A stretch of 64,000 nt of DNA, from the NCBI RefSeq assembly GCF_009914755.1, contig NC_060940.1. The stretch is one strand, 5' to 3'. Below are positions 1 to 18,688 of the stretch, one piece after another; positions within the stretch are counted from its first letter, which is position 1, and each line of letters opens with the position of its first letter. Origin of the DNA: the human T2T-CHM13v2.0 reference genome, Homo sapiens. Below the pieces are notes generated by a model that was given only the letters and a program-made list of their open reading frames with translations, made no database searches and was not told the origin of the DNA. The position numbers and the translations under genes are program-made.

Positions 1-942
1 GGGCTGAGCACAGGTTGCAGCCTCTCCCTCTATTCCTAAATCCTTTGAAGTGAAGATGTAAAGGTCATAGAAAAATTCATAACCTAACTAGAAAGCAAAA
101 GGTGAATCATCAATGGACAAGAAACTAAGTATATGCCAGAAAGATAAGAGACAGACAATTTAGCATTGAAAAAAGGAAACCATAAACCAAAATGTGTGTA
201 AATAAGATTGCCTCAAAAGATACATGTGCTTCTAAAAGTGGTCCAAGCCCTGAAATGACAGATGCTGGGAGCAGGAGAGACCTCCGGGGAAACCAAATAG
301 TCTATTATTTGGAGTAGCACTGTAAGAATGGTCAGACAAATCTACCTTCCACACATTTCCTACCTCTTGAGTAAATAAGTAAGGAAGGAAGGAAGGAACA
401 GAGTTGTCTGCCCAAAAAAACAAGTGTGGCCACCTAAGTTACAAAGGCAAATGAGAACATTTCTGGAGTGGTTGATGACACCCATGAGGAATGGGGAGGC
501 TCCTGCTCAGAATACCTTCTATTGGCATATCTTATCCAGAATTTCACCTCATCTCTTCTACATTTACTTTATAAAGTGTGAAGTATATCCTGTGTAAAAA
601 TGCTTTTGGTGCTCCTGCCAGAATCCATTTACCAGGTCAATGAACACATCTCCCAGTGCTTCTTGTTGGCTGCTAATATCTGCAGGTTTCTAGAACCCTT
701 GTCCTGCTGACAAGCACCTACCTGGGAATACTAGAGAGGTTGCGCACCCCTCTACTTTCCCTCCAGACAGCATCTGCCAATGACGGACTGATGTGAGATT
801 TGCTTCCGGCTGTACAACTCTATGGCACAGTTTATGCTACAGATTTCCCTGTGGGCTCAAGAAGAGACTAGACTTCTCTAAGACCACATACTGGTCTAGT
901 TCAGTGGTTCCTGAACTCTGCTGCACATTGTAATCACCTGTT

Positions 943-1230
943 GTATTATTTTTCTCATTTTGCTTAACAAGTCATCCCCAAACATAGCAGCTTAAAACAA
1001 CAAATATTTATTGTCTTATGCTTCTGTGGGTCAGGAATCTGGGCATGGCTTAGCTGTATGCCTTGACTTAAGATTTCCCATGAGGTAGGGTGGGGTGGAG
1101 AAGATCTGCTTCCAAGTTTACTCATGTAGCCATTGCAGGCTTCAGTTTTTTCCAATGGGGTTTTCTCCACAGGGCTGCCTCAGGACATGGCAGCTGGCTT
1201 CCCCAGGAATAAGTGATCAAAGAGAATTTA
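943..1230 (-). mobile_element. Old MaLR (MLT1-type) LTR fragment
   Basis: Motifs such as 'cccaaacatagcagcttaaaacaac..ttctgtgggtcaggaatctgggcatggcttagctg' resemble the reverse of MLT1 LTRs (recalled consensus). Confidence 0.55.
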
Positions 1231-1335
1231 ATCCACAACATCAATTAAAAACACAAAGTATCTAAGAACAAAACTGTGAAGACAGTCTATACTTTTATAA
1301 AAATTGTGAATATAATAATATAATAATTAAGATAA

Positions 1336-1557
<222 letters not shown>

Positions 1558-1991
1558 TAATATAAAGATGTAATCTCTCCCCAAATGAATTAATCAGAGA
1601 TACACCAATCAAAATCTTTGCAGGGACTTTTACTGAGCTTGAAAAGCTGATTATAAAATTCATTTGGAAGAATAAGATCTTAGAATGAAAGATCAAGTAA
1701 ACTTAAGAAAACCAGATACTATTTTTGTAAAGGTTAAATAGTTAAAACTGAATAATAGTGACATATAAATAGACAAAATAAATTGGAAGAAAAGAGAATA
1801 CAAAGTGTGGAAACAAATCTATGGGATTTGTTACATCATAAATTGGTATTTTAAATCAGTGGGAGAAAGAAAGAAATCTTTCACAAATGGTGTTGAGATA
1901 ACTATTTATGTGGAAAGGAATATAGATAGATCCTTACACATAATAACTGTTAAAAGCTCAAAAGGAAAAGTAGTAATAAGAAAATGTAGTG

Positions 1992-2250
<259 letters not shown>

Positions 2251-4508
2251 AGATGTAGAATAATATATTTGTGATCATGAGGTAAAAAGGACCTTTTGAA
2301 TGATACATACAAAGGCATTAGACATAAAAAGAGATTTTGATACATTCAATTATATTAAAGTAGTACTTCAAAAGCAACTTCAAAAGTACTATAATAAAGT
2401 ACTACTTCGAAAGCAATTCTGCTCTTTCTCCCCCTTTTTCTCTTTTTCATTTTCAAAGTCAAGTGAACAGTGTTGTGTATTGGCAATTCTGTCTGTTGAA
2501 AATAACAAAATACACTTATTAGAGTGAAAAAAATCATCACAAACAAAATTAAATATCTACTGATATTTGCAGTACATATAATTTACAAATGCATATAACA
2601 TATATAATTAATACAGAAGACCAACTCAACAAAAAAATGGACAAAGATATGAACAGGCTAGCTACAGATAAGGAAAAGCTGAAGGACAACACATATATAA
2701 AATATATTCAAGCTTGTGAATAATCACAGAAATGCAAATTAAAATAACAAAAATATGCCATTTTTTCAATTATCAGACTGGAAAACATTATAAAATTTAA
2801 TAATATCAAGGATTTGCAAGGATTTTCAAGAACAACAGGTATGCTCATAAGCTACTGGTATTAGGGCAAATTAAAGTGGCCATACCGAAAGGATTTTGGC
2901 TGTATATATCAAACTAAAAATGCATGTAACCCAGGTAACTATTCTAGACAAACTTATAGTTATGTAAAATGAGACAAATAAAATGCTATTTTTGTTATAA
3001 CATTGTAAATAAAATCTGCTGTTGACATACAATGTAATCTTATACAATTAAAAGGAATAAACTACATGTGTATCCATCTTGAGATGGATAAACCTTGAGA
3101 CTATTGTTGAGTGAAAAGAACAAATTGTAAAGTAAAATTTTCTTGGGTATGATTACATAAAAATGCACAAAATAATACTCTTTTTTTCTCTGGGTTCACA
3201 AATACATTTGTTAGAAGTCCAGAACATTATTTTTAAAGCTCTAGAATGATAACATAAAACTCACGAAGATGCTGCCACTCTGTCTCCAGCGGCACATGAG
3301 TGCACCCCACAGCACCATTGCCCCGGCTGGCACGTGCAAGTATGCAGAACACCCCCATCCCACTCCTGCCGGCACTGCACCCCTGCCAACACATGCATAC
3401 CTGCTGTGTGCTGCTGCTGCTGGCACGTATGTGTGAGTGGGGACCTTGCTACAATCACTACAGTGAAGCACTTTGGCTGGCACATCCCATCAGAGTGTTG
3501 TTGCCAGTGGACTGGGAACACCTTAGTGCTTAACATTGAAGGGCCAGACAACAAATCTGTGGGTATGGTACCAGCCTTGCAAAGTTAGAGCATGCAGTTC
3601 AGGAGTGCTGAGCTGAGCCTTTGCCCCCTGAAATCTTCCAGAAATGAAGCCATTTGACTGAAACTACCTTGTGCCACAGTTAAACCCTCAAGGGCATTAA
3701 AGAATATAAAAAAGGAAAAAACTCCATCCAAAGGACAGTGAGTCAAAACATTAAAGGAACCTTAGCCCACACAGATGTGAAAGAACCAGTGCAAGAACTC
3801 TGGCAATGTAAAAAGCCAGAATGTCTTCCTGTCTTCAAGCAATCATACTAACTCTCCAACAATGGTTGTTAACCAGGACTAAATGACAGACATAGATTTC
3901 AGAATCTGGATAGAAACAAAGATCATTGAGATTCAGAAGAAAGTCAAAATCCAATCCAAATAATCTAAGGAATCCAATAAGATGACATAAGAGCTGAAAG
4001 ATGAAATAGGCATTTTAAGAAAGAACCAAACTAAACTGATAGAGCTGAAAAATGCACCTCAAGAATTTCATAATGCAATAACAAGTACTAACAGTAGAAC
4101 GGACCAAGCTGAGGAAAGAATCCCAGATCTCAAAGACCACTTCTTTGAATCAACTCAGTCATATGAAAATAAACGACAAAAAAGAATGAACAAAACCTCT
4201 GAGAAATCTGAGCTTATGTAAAGAGACCAAACATATGACTCAAGGCACCACTCAAAGAAAGGGAGAAAGAACAAGCAAGTTGGAAAACATATTTGAGGAT
4301 ACTGCCCACAAAAATTTCCCAAATCTTGCTAGAGAAGTCACCATTTAAATCCAGGAAATGCAGAGAATCCTGTGAGATACTATACAAGATGACCATCCCC
4401 AAGACAGAGAGTCATCAGATTCCCCAAGGTCAACATGAAATAAAAAAATATGAAAGGCAGCTAAAGTGAAGGAGCAGGTCACATACAAAGGGAATCCCAC
4501 CAGGCTAA

Positions 4509-4871
<363 letters not shown>

Positions 4872-4898
4872 TTCAGCATTCTTAAAAAAAAAATACTT

Positions 4899-5197
<299 letters not shown>

Positions 5198-8100
5198 TCA
5201 ACCAAGAACTTAATATCCAGCCAAACTAAACTTCATATGTGAAGGAGAAGTAAGATCCTTTTCAGACAAACAAATGCTAACGGAATCTGTTACCACCAGA
5301 CATGCCTTACAAGAGGTCCTTAAGGGAGTGCTAAGCGTGGAAGTGAAAGACTGTTAATGGCCACCACAAAAATACATTTAAGTACATAGACCATTGACGT
5401 TGTAAAGTAACTACACAATCAAGTCTGCATAATAACCAGCTAACAACATAATGGCAGGACCAAAGCTATAAATACCATTAACTGTGAATGTAAACAGTAT
5501 AAATGCCCTGCTTAAAACTCACAGAATGGCAAGTTGGATAAAGAAGCAAAGCCCAACTGTATCTGTTGTCAAGAGACCCAGCTCATATGCAACAATACCC
5601 CTTGGCTTGAAGTAAAAGGATGGAAAAAAATCTACCAAGCAAATGCAAAACAAAAAAGGGTAAGCATTGTTATTCTAATACAGACAAAATAGACTTTAAA
5701 CCAACAACAATCAAAGAGACAAAGAAGGGTACTATGTAATGATAAAGGGTTCAATTCAACAAGAAGACTTAACTGTCTGAAAGATAAATGTGCTCAAAAC
5801 TGGAGCATTCACATTTGTAAAACAAGTTCATAGAGACCTATAGAGAGACTTAGATAACCACAGAATAATAGTGGGAGACTTCAACATCTCACTGATGGTA
5901 CTAGACAGATCATAGAGACAGAAAATGCACAAAGATATTCAGGACTTGAAGTCAACATTTGGCTAAATGGACCTAACAGCCATCTACAGAACACTCCACC
6001 CAACAACAACAGAATATATCTTCTTCTCATCTGTACATGGCATATATTGTAAAATTGATCACACTATCAGTCTAAAATTATTTTCAATAAATTAAAAGAA
6101 GCCCCTGAAATCATGCCAACCACACTCTTGGACCGCTCAGTGTAGCAAAAATAGAAGTCAACACTAAGAAGAACTCTCAAAACCATAAAATTACATGGAA
6201 ATTAAACAACCTGTGCCTGAATGACTTTTGGGTAAACAATGAAATTAAGGCAGAAACCAATATATTTTTTGAAACTAATTAAAACAAAGATACAATATTC
6301 TAGGCTCTCTAAGACACAGGCAAAGCAGTGTTAAGGGAAAAGTTTATAGTGCTAAATGCCCATATTGAAAAGTTAGAAGGATCTTAAATTAACAACCTAA
6401 TATCATACCTAAAGGAAACAGAAAAACAAGAGGAAACCAACCCAAAGCTAGCAGAAGAAAATAAACAACCAAAATCAGAGCAGAATGGAATGAAATTGAG
6501 TCATGAAAAGCCATACAAAAGATAAATGAAACTAAAAGCTGGTTCTTCGAAAGAATAAATAAATTTGATAGGTCACTAGCTAGACCAATAAGGAAAAAAA
6601 AAAGAGAAGATACAAAAAACACAATCAGAAATGGTAAAGTGGACATTACCGCCAACCATACAGAAATACAAAAAACTCTCAGAGACTAAGATGAACATGT
6701 TTATGAAAACAAAGTAGAACACCTACAAGAAATGGGTACATTTCTGGAAACATACAACCTCCCAAGATTGAACTAGGAAGAAATTGAAATCCTGAACAAA
6801 CCAAAAATGAGTTCTGAAACTGAATGAGTAATAAAAAGTCTCTGAGCCAAAAAAAAAAAAAAAAAGCAAGCCCAGGACCCAACAGATTCACAGACAAATT
6901 CTACCAGAAGTGTAAAGAAGAGCTGGTACCAATGCTACTGAAATCATTCTGAAAAAATGAGGAGGAAGGATCCCTCCCTAACTCATTTTATGAGGTCAGC
7001 ATCATTCAGATATGAAAACCTGGCAGAGACACAGCAAAAAAGAAAACTTCAGGACAGTTATCACTGATAATCATAGATGCAAAAATCCTCAACAAAATAC
7101 AAGCCAACTGAATCCAGCAGCACATCAAAAAGCTAGTCCACTATGATCATGTAAGATTTATTGCTGGGATGCAAGTTTGGTTCAAGATATACAAACCAAT
7201 AAATGTGATTCATCATAAAATAGAACTAAAAATAAAAACATCCCTTCTTGATATAAACCCTCAACAAATGAGTTACTGAAGGAGCATACCTCAAAATAAT
7301 TGAAGCCATTTATGACAAACCCACAGCCAACTTCATACTGAATGGGAAAAAGCTGGAATATTCCCTTTGAGAACTGGAACAAGACAAGGATGCCCACTCT
7401 CACTACTCCTATTCAACATAGTGCTGGATGTCCTAGCCAGTGCAATTAGGCAAGAGAAAGAAACACAGACATCTAAATACGAAGAATGGAAGTCAAACTA
7501 TGCCTCTTCTTGGGTGAAACACTTTTATACCAAGAAAACCCCATAGTAGCCTCTCGAGAGCTCCCAGATCTGACAAATGACTTCAGCAAAGTTTCAGGAT
7601 ACAAAAATTAATGTACACAAATCTGTAGCATTTCTATACAGCAACAACATCCAAGCTGACAGCCAAATCAAGAATGCAATCCCATTCACAGTAGCCACAA
7701 AAAAAACTACAAAATACCTTGGAATACAGCTAAGCAGGGAGGTGAAAAATCTCTAAAATGAAAATTACAAACGAGTGCTCAAAGAATCAGAGACAACAGA
7801 AACAAAAGGAAAACATTCCATGATCACAGATAGGAAGAAGCAATATTGTTAAAATGTCCATACTGTCTAAGGCTATTTACAGAGTCAATGCCATTCCTAT
7901 CATAACACCAATGACATTTTTCACAGGATTAAAAAAAAAGCATTCTAAAATTCATTTGGAGCCAAAAAAAAAAAAAGCCCAAATAGCCAAAGCAATCCTA
8001 AGCAAAAAGAACAAAGTCAAAAGCGTCACACTACCTGACTTCGAACTGTACTACAATGCTACAGTAAGCAAAACAGCATGGTTATGCTCAGCAAAATAAA

Positions 8101-8916
8101 TAATCAGCAGAGTAAAAAGACAACCTATAGAGTGGGAGAAAATCTTTACAAACTATGCACCCAGCAAAGTACTAATATCCAGAATCTATAAGGAACTCAA
8201 AAACAGACATAGACCAGTGGAACAAGTTACAGAACGCAGAAATAAAGCCACACACCTATAGCCATCTACTCTTCAACAAACTTGACAAAAACAAGCAATG
8301 GGGAAGGGAATCCCTACTTGGAAATTGTGGTGGGATAACTGGCTAGCCGTATGCAGAAAATTGAAACTGGACTCCATACTTTTCACTGTTTACAAAAATC
8401 AACTCAAGGTAGATTAAAGACTTAAGTGTAAAACCCAAAACTATAAAAACCCTGGAAGATAGCCTAAGAAATACCATTCTGGATACAGGCCATTCTGGAC
8501 ATATCCTAGGAAATTTCAATTCTGGAAAACACTTTATGACAAAGATGCCAAAAGCAATTGCAACAAAAACAAAAATTGACAAATGGGACCTAATTAAACT
8601 AAAGGGCTTCTGCACAGCAAAAGATATCATCAACAAACAACCTATGGAATGGAAGAAAATATTTGCAAACCATGCATTCGACAAAAGTCTGATATCCAGA
8701 ATCCAAAAAGAACTTAGAAAAATCAACAAGCAAAAATCTAACAACCTCATTAAATGCGCAAAGGACAGGACAAGACACTTCTCAAAAGAAGACAAACACG
8801 TAGTCAACAAGTATACGAAAAAATATTCAACATCACTAATCATTGGAGAAATGCAAAACAAAAGTGCAATGAGATACAACCTCACAGGAGGCAGAATGGC
8901 TATTATTAAAAAGTCA

Positions 8917-11575
<2,659 letters not shown>

Positions 11576-12802
11576 AAGACATGAGATCAACCTAAATGCC
11601 CATCAATGGTGAACTAGATAAAGAAAATGTGGCACATATACACCATAGAATAATACACAGCCATAAGAAAGAACGAGATCATGTCCTTTGGAGCAACGTG
11701 GATGGAGTTGAGGCCAATATGCAAAGTGAATTAACACAGGAACAGGAAACCAAATATCCCATATTCTCACTTATAAGTGGGAGCTAAACACTGAGTACAC
11801 ATGGACAGAAAGAAGGGAACAATTGTCACTAGGTGAATTTGAGGGTGGAGGGTGGAAGGAGGGGGAGAATGGAAAAACTACGTATTGGGTATTATACTTA
11901 CAACCTGGGTGACAAAATAATCCGCATACCAAACCCCTGTGACATGCAATTTATCCATATAACAAGCCTGCTCATGTACCCCTTGAGCCAAAATAAAAAT
12001 TGGAGAAGAAAAAAACTCCTAAGAGTTGTCACTTTGGGTAGAGTTACGGGCATTATGATTTGAAGGCATAGTTTAAGGTCATTCCTCCTTTATTTATAAA
12101 GTTCTAATTTTTAAAATAAAAGTGCATTTGAGTATTTAATCATAAACATTAATTTAAAAATTCACTGGATTTTGTAGTAACTATGTAATGGATGATCTTT
12201 GCTATGAGTGTCATTGGAATGGATAAGCAGAGACAAAAGTTGATGAATTAAGAAATGAAAAGGAGTTAGGATCTAGAGACAGTAGTTATAGACTTATTTT
12301 GAGGAATTCAAACATAAGATAAATGGATGTAAATAAAGATGGATGGGGCATTGGATATATGGCAAGAGTTTTTGTTTGCTTGCTTTCTTTAAAATGGGAG
12401 AGTTTATATTTATACACCTATGTCTATATAAAATGTTTCTCAAATATATATATACACACATACATATATATGAAATGTGCAACTGTATTTACATATAGCT
12501 ATGAGGAAGAGGCCATTAGATAGACTAAAGCATACAGATATGTTATAATACAGATGAAAAGGAATAAATTGATCACGTGAATTTTCTTTATGATAAACAT
12601 TTAGGGGATATGAATGTTTGTTAAAAAAATTTCGTGCAATTTGGGACATTCTCTGCTTTTAATCAACTGCTTTCCAAGGATTTTAACACTGTGAAATGAA
12701 TTTTAATAGAGATTTTCTATACAATATTCTGAATGTTTTAACAGTTTTAAACAAGCATCCTTAATTGAATATTTTCATAAGAAAAAATGAGAAAGAAATT
12801 AC

Positions 12803-12930
12803 CCTAATAGAATTGCCCATTGCCAGGGAAATTTCATAATGAAGTGGGAAAAAACAGCAGCTGCACTTGCCTCCATAAGGCATGGACCTACAGCCAATCT
12901 GAAACAAACCACCTTCAAATGTCTCAAAGC
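12803..12930 (-). pseudogene. SLC9B1: SLC9B1 duplicated gene fragment, third visible exon (128 nt)
   Basis: Minus strand: ttcag|ALRHLKVVCFRLAVGPCLMEASAAAVFSHFIMKFPWQWAILL-GG|gtaatt. Matches recalled SLC9B1, in frame with the previous exon. Confidence 0.92.
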
Positions 12931-13613
12931 CTGAAACACAAAACAGTCACATTTGATGCCTTTACAGTGGCCAACAAGAAAATTATTTTAACAAATGTTG
13001 GACTATAAAGTCTTTTTTCATAAGAAGCTTTCACTAAACAAAATCTCATTTCAACAGATTGCCCCACTGGACTTTGAACTCTATTATATTTTATAAGTCA
13101 TCATAGGTTGGATTATAAACAATTTCATCTTTTATAAAATATTATTGTATTTTAATATGAAAATATCAATTTTACTGTGATTAAATAGCTAATGCTACCT
13201 TCCTGAACTTTCCTAATACATAGTATAATAATAGTGTCCTAGTAGTGTTTTCCCATTAACTTTTTGATATGAACTCTTTGATTAACTTAATAAGTATAAA
13301 TACAACACTAATATGCCAAAGAAAATAACTTAAAAACTGCATAATTCATTTTAAAAGGGAGAACTTTTCAATTTTCTCCTTGGTTCATACTTTCTGCTGG
13401 AGAATATAATCTCATTGGCTATAATTATTTATGCTCTTGAGCTATTTCTATTAAACCACATTTGCCACATTTATTTGAGTGGCTGTCATATTCATGAATA
13501 GTCATCTTCTTATAGATGGGATTTATGATCCCTAGAATGTAATATTTTAAGAAATGCTTTAAAAGATTAGATTTTACAATAATGCAAAGATAATCAGGAA
13601 CATAATCCTGTAG

Positions 13614-13908
<295 letters not shown>

Positions 13909-14039
13909 TTTTTTTCTTTATCTTAGGTTTGTTTACAGACTCCACTTGGAACAGGTAAATACAATTTTTGCTTCTTTTTCTTTCTCACCATCCTCTAATA
14001 TTTGAAATAACCTTACTCGATTTGTAATTGTAAATCTAC

Positions 14040-14182
14040 CTGTGGATCGAGTCCAAGCCCAGCTCGTATTAGAATAATGTTAAGGGCAATGCTTCTTAAA
14101 ATTGAAGACCATGCGTTAGGAACATGGACGTGTTCACTGATGAATGGAACATTCCTAATTGTAAATCCAGCCAGTAACATCC
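14040..14182 (-). pseudogene. SLC9B1: SLC9B1 duplicated gene fragment, second visible exon (143 nt)
   Basis: Minus strand: ag|GG-MLLAGFTIRNVPFISEHVHVPNAWSSILRSIALNIILIRAGLGLDPQ|gtagat. Canonical splice sites. Confidence 0.93.
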
Positions 14183-14769
14183 CTTAAAAGAAAGAAAATA
14201 AACATACATGACAGTTCATTTTTCTGAGAAAGAAAACAGAAATGTTTATTTTCTAATGCACTATGTCTCTCATTATTTTGGTAAAGGGCAGGTTACAAGC
14301 AAGTAGAGAAGGCAGCATGAATAAAGGAATGGCGATAAACAATACACCTAAATGGGGTTCAACAAGTAATTTAGTGTTGCTGGAACATACAGGGCAAGGA
14401 AAGGAGGGAGGAGAATGAGCTTGGTGGGCCAGATCATAGAAAGGTCTCCCCCCACTTTGGCAAAGTAAGGCACCATGGGAAGGTTTTAGGCAGGAAGTAA
14501 TATAATGAGTCTTGCGATTTTTATATGAGGGTCTTGGTGAATTAGTTAGGGATAAAACTGGAGACAGAGACCAAATTGAAGGCTCCGTCACAGTCCACGC
14601 AAAAGTTGGAAACAAATAGCCTAAGCTAGAGCAAAAGAGAAAGTTTGGAGAGGAGGAAAATGATTCAATAAATACTTAGAAGGTGCTGTAAGAAAACTGT
14701 GGATACAGAAGGGACCGCAGGGATAAGATGTAGAGATTATCTCTACTGACAGTGTACTGAATATATATT

Positions 14770-15052
<283 letters not shown>

Positions 15053-15068
15053 TAGATATATTTGAATA

Positions 15069-15640
15069 CAGTAAGTTCTCACTCAGCATCGTCGATAGGT
15101 GATTGGAAATGGCAACTTTGAGTAAAATGGTATACAATAAAACCAATTTTAGCATAGGCTAAATGATATGAACAAGAGTCAATTTCCTACAGCATATTTC
15201 TGGTCACAAAACATCATCAAACTTCTAAATAAAGATCCAAAACACTTCTAGTATTAAACAATGAAATAAATTTGAGCTCTACATACATTTTACAAAGTTT
15301 TATAAAATAAATAAGATAATTCTTTACTTAATTTTTGATGAATCCACGAGTGACGGTGGTTATAGCAGTGATGGTTAAAATCAAAGAATAAATGTTTACA
15401 AAGTGAAAATTGTAAGGAGCACCTCCTCCCACTATACAGTTCAAAAACAAACACAAATATGGTAGGCTGGCTGAGAGTTTTCACATCACATTGTTTATTG
15501 TCTTGCATTTGTATGGTTATCATATACTTAACAAAATTTTATTTTGCAATAATTTATATTCATTCATTTATTCATTGTACAATCCACTAGTTCAGGGTCA
15601 TTGTACAATCCACTAGAATACTAGTTCAGGGTCAAAGGTG
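15069..15640. mobile_element. Tigger/MER6-like DNA transposon remnant
   Basis: Starts TA|CAGTAAGTTCTCACTCAGCATCGTCGATAGG, resembling the recalled MER6-family terminal inverted repeat. Confidence 0.55.
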
Positions 15641-15654
15641 ACTGAAACTTAATC

Positions 15655-16375
15655 CAAAAAAATCAAGGAGGGACTCCCTCCCTAACACATTCTATGAATC
15701 TAGTATCACAATTATACCCAAATCAGGCAAAGCCACACACACACACACACACACACACACTACTGGTCAATATCCCTGATGAACATAGATGCAAAAATTC
15801 TCAACTAGCAAAATCAATTCAATAGTACATCAAAGAGATAATATAGTTAAGTGGGTTGTACTCCAGAAATACAAGGATGGTTCAACATGTGAATCATTCT
15901 TCCATAAAGACATATACACACATATGTTCATTGTGGCACTATTCACAATAAAAAGACATGGAATCAACTTAAATGACTAAATAAAGAAAATGTGTTACAT
16001 ATACACCATGGAATACTATGCAGTCATAAAAAAGAATGGCATCATGTCCTTTGTAGCAACATGGATAGAGCTGAACACCATTATCCTAAGTGAAATAACT
16101 CAGAAACAGAAAACTCAAATACCACATGTTCTCACTTATATGTGGTAGCTAAACAATGGGTACATATGGACATAAAGATGGAAATAATAGACACTGGGGA
16201 GTCCAAAAGGAGAGAGGGTTGGAGAGTTAAGGTTGAAAAATTTCCTATTGGGTATAGTATTCACTGTTTGATGATGGGTTCACTAGAGCCCAAATCTCAC
16301 CATTATGCAATATATCCATGTACCAAACCTGCACATGTACTCCGTGAATCTAAAATTTTTAAAGATTCTATTAAA
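15655..16375 (+). mobile_element. L1 fragments (ORF2 piece plus L1PB/L1MA 3' end)
   Basis: 'ccctgatgaacatagatgcaaaaattctc' and 'accatggaatactatgcagtcataaaaaagaatg..aaacctgcacatgtactcc'. Confidence 0.8.
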
Positions 16376-16659
16376 CAATAAAGCAACAGGAATAATGTAC
16401 TAAGGATATTAAATTTATTTTAAAAATAAATTTTGGATAAAACTTGTGTGTGTATATATGTAGACAGAGAGAGAAATAAATGCCCCTATAAAAGAGCTAT
16501 ACACACACACACACACACATACAGCAAATACACACATGAAGAAACTATATAAAACATACTACATTGAAATATTTCTGAATTATAACTAATTCAACAAGAA
16601 AATGTTCAAAATTTGCATATAGTCAATAATAAAGAAAAGAGAGCTAATTATATACTTAC

Positions 16660-16830
16660 CAAGAAGAGGTGGAAATGGAGGCACTAAAGGTATTCTAATG
16701 AGTTGTAAAATTTTTCCCCCAATAATGGCACTATAAAAAATAATTAACAATCCAAATAAATTTCCACTAGGGAGAGCTTCAGAGCCTAAGATTGACCAGG
16801 TCATACACCATATCACAAACAGTGTAACTC
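16660..16830 (-). pseudogene. SLC9B1: SLC9B1 duplicated gene fragment, first visible exon (171 nt)
   Basis: Minus strand: ttttag|GA-VTLFVIWCMTWSILGSEALPSGNLFGLLIIFYSAIIGGKILQLIRIPLVPPFPPLL-G|gtaagt (overlaps ORF 16586-16816). No upstream SLC9B1 exon was recognised in the window. Confidence 0.93.
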
Positions 16831-17080
16831 CTAAAATACAAAAAAGTGTACAGCTATATATCTACATACACATAGATGTATACAAACAAATGATCAATTC
16901 TCTTTTATCATATATACTAATAGCCAGTTCTATAAAATGATACATGGTATAGATCAACATTGCTTACTAGTTTGGTGAAAGAGATATCTGCTTAACATAT
17001 ATTCCAAATAACCTGTCAATTTATGAAGTAGGTTTTAAACAAAGTGTTTTCACTTTAAAAATATTTAAAAACTATATGTG

Positions 17081-17422
<342 letters not shown>

Positions 17423-17889
17423 TTATAATATATGATAGTTAAAAACATCATGGCAATATGATGAGATTTACTTCATTTTATATTTTAAAATAGCTTTTTC
17501 ATCAGGATGGAAAATAAGAGGATGATTGGCTGTGATAAGAATTCACAACCTTATTGAAGATCACAGTGTCAAGGTGCCAAATCTTTTAACAGGAACCTGC
17601 TAAATCTTTTTATTGAAAGGATAATTCAACTGATATTTGGCATAAATGTATTATAGGAGGAAATGGCTGGAAGAAATGTACCTAGATTTTGTGGGAATAA
17701 ATATAAAGTATCTTAGATTATGTGTAGGAGGTAGAGGTAGATTAAGATGAGTAGGTATAAGTTACTAGACATCTTGTTTCTGACAACTAGGTGCTACTCA
17801 CTGAGGAATCCACAGGTTTCTGTAAAGGACAGACAATAACATGGTAAATTTCCATTTGCTAATTAAATGGCTACCTTTATTTGCTATGA

Positions 17890-18141
<252 letters not shown>

Positions 18142-18350
18142 GCTTTTAATATTCTTAAAACAGCTTACATGAACTTTTTAGCTATGAACCCTTTCTGGCT
18201 GTATAGAATTTGCCAGGGTAGAAGAGGAGGATTTTGACTCACTCCAGGCAGAAAGTTAGAACAAAGTTTTTTTCCTCCTCCCCTCTGATTATTGTCATCC
18301 TGCAAAACTGGAAGCCTTGGAGGGCTAAACTCTTACTAAAATAATGGACC

Positions 18351-18688
<338 letters not shown>

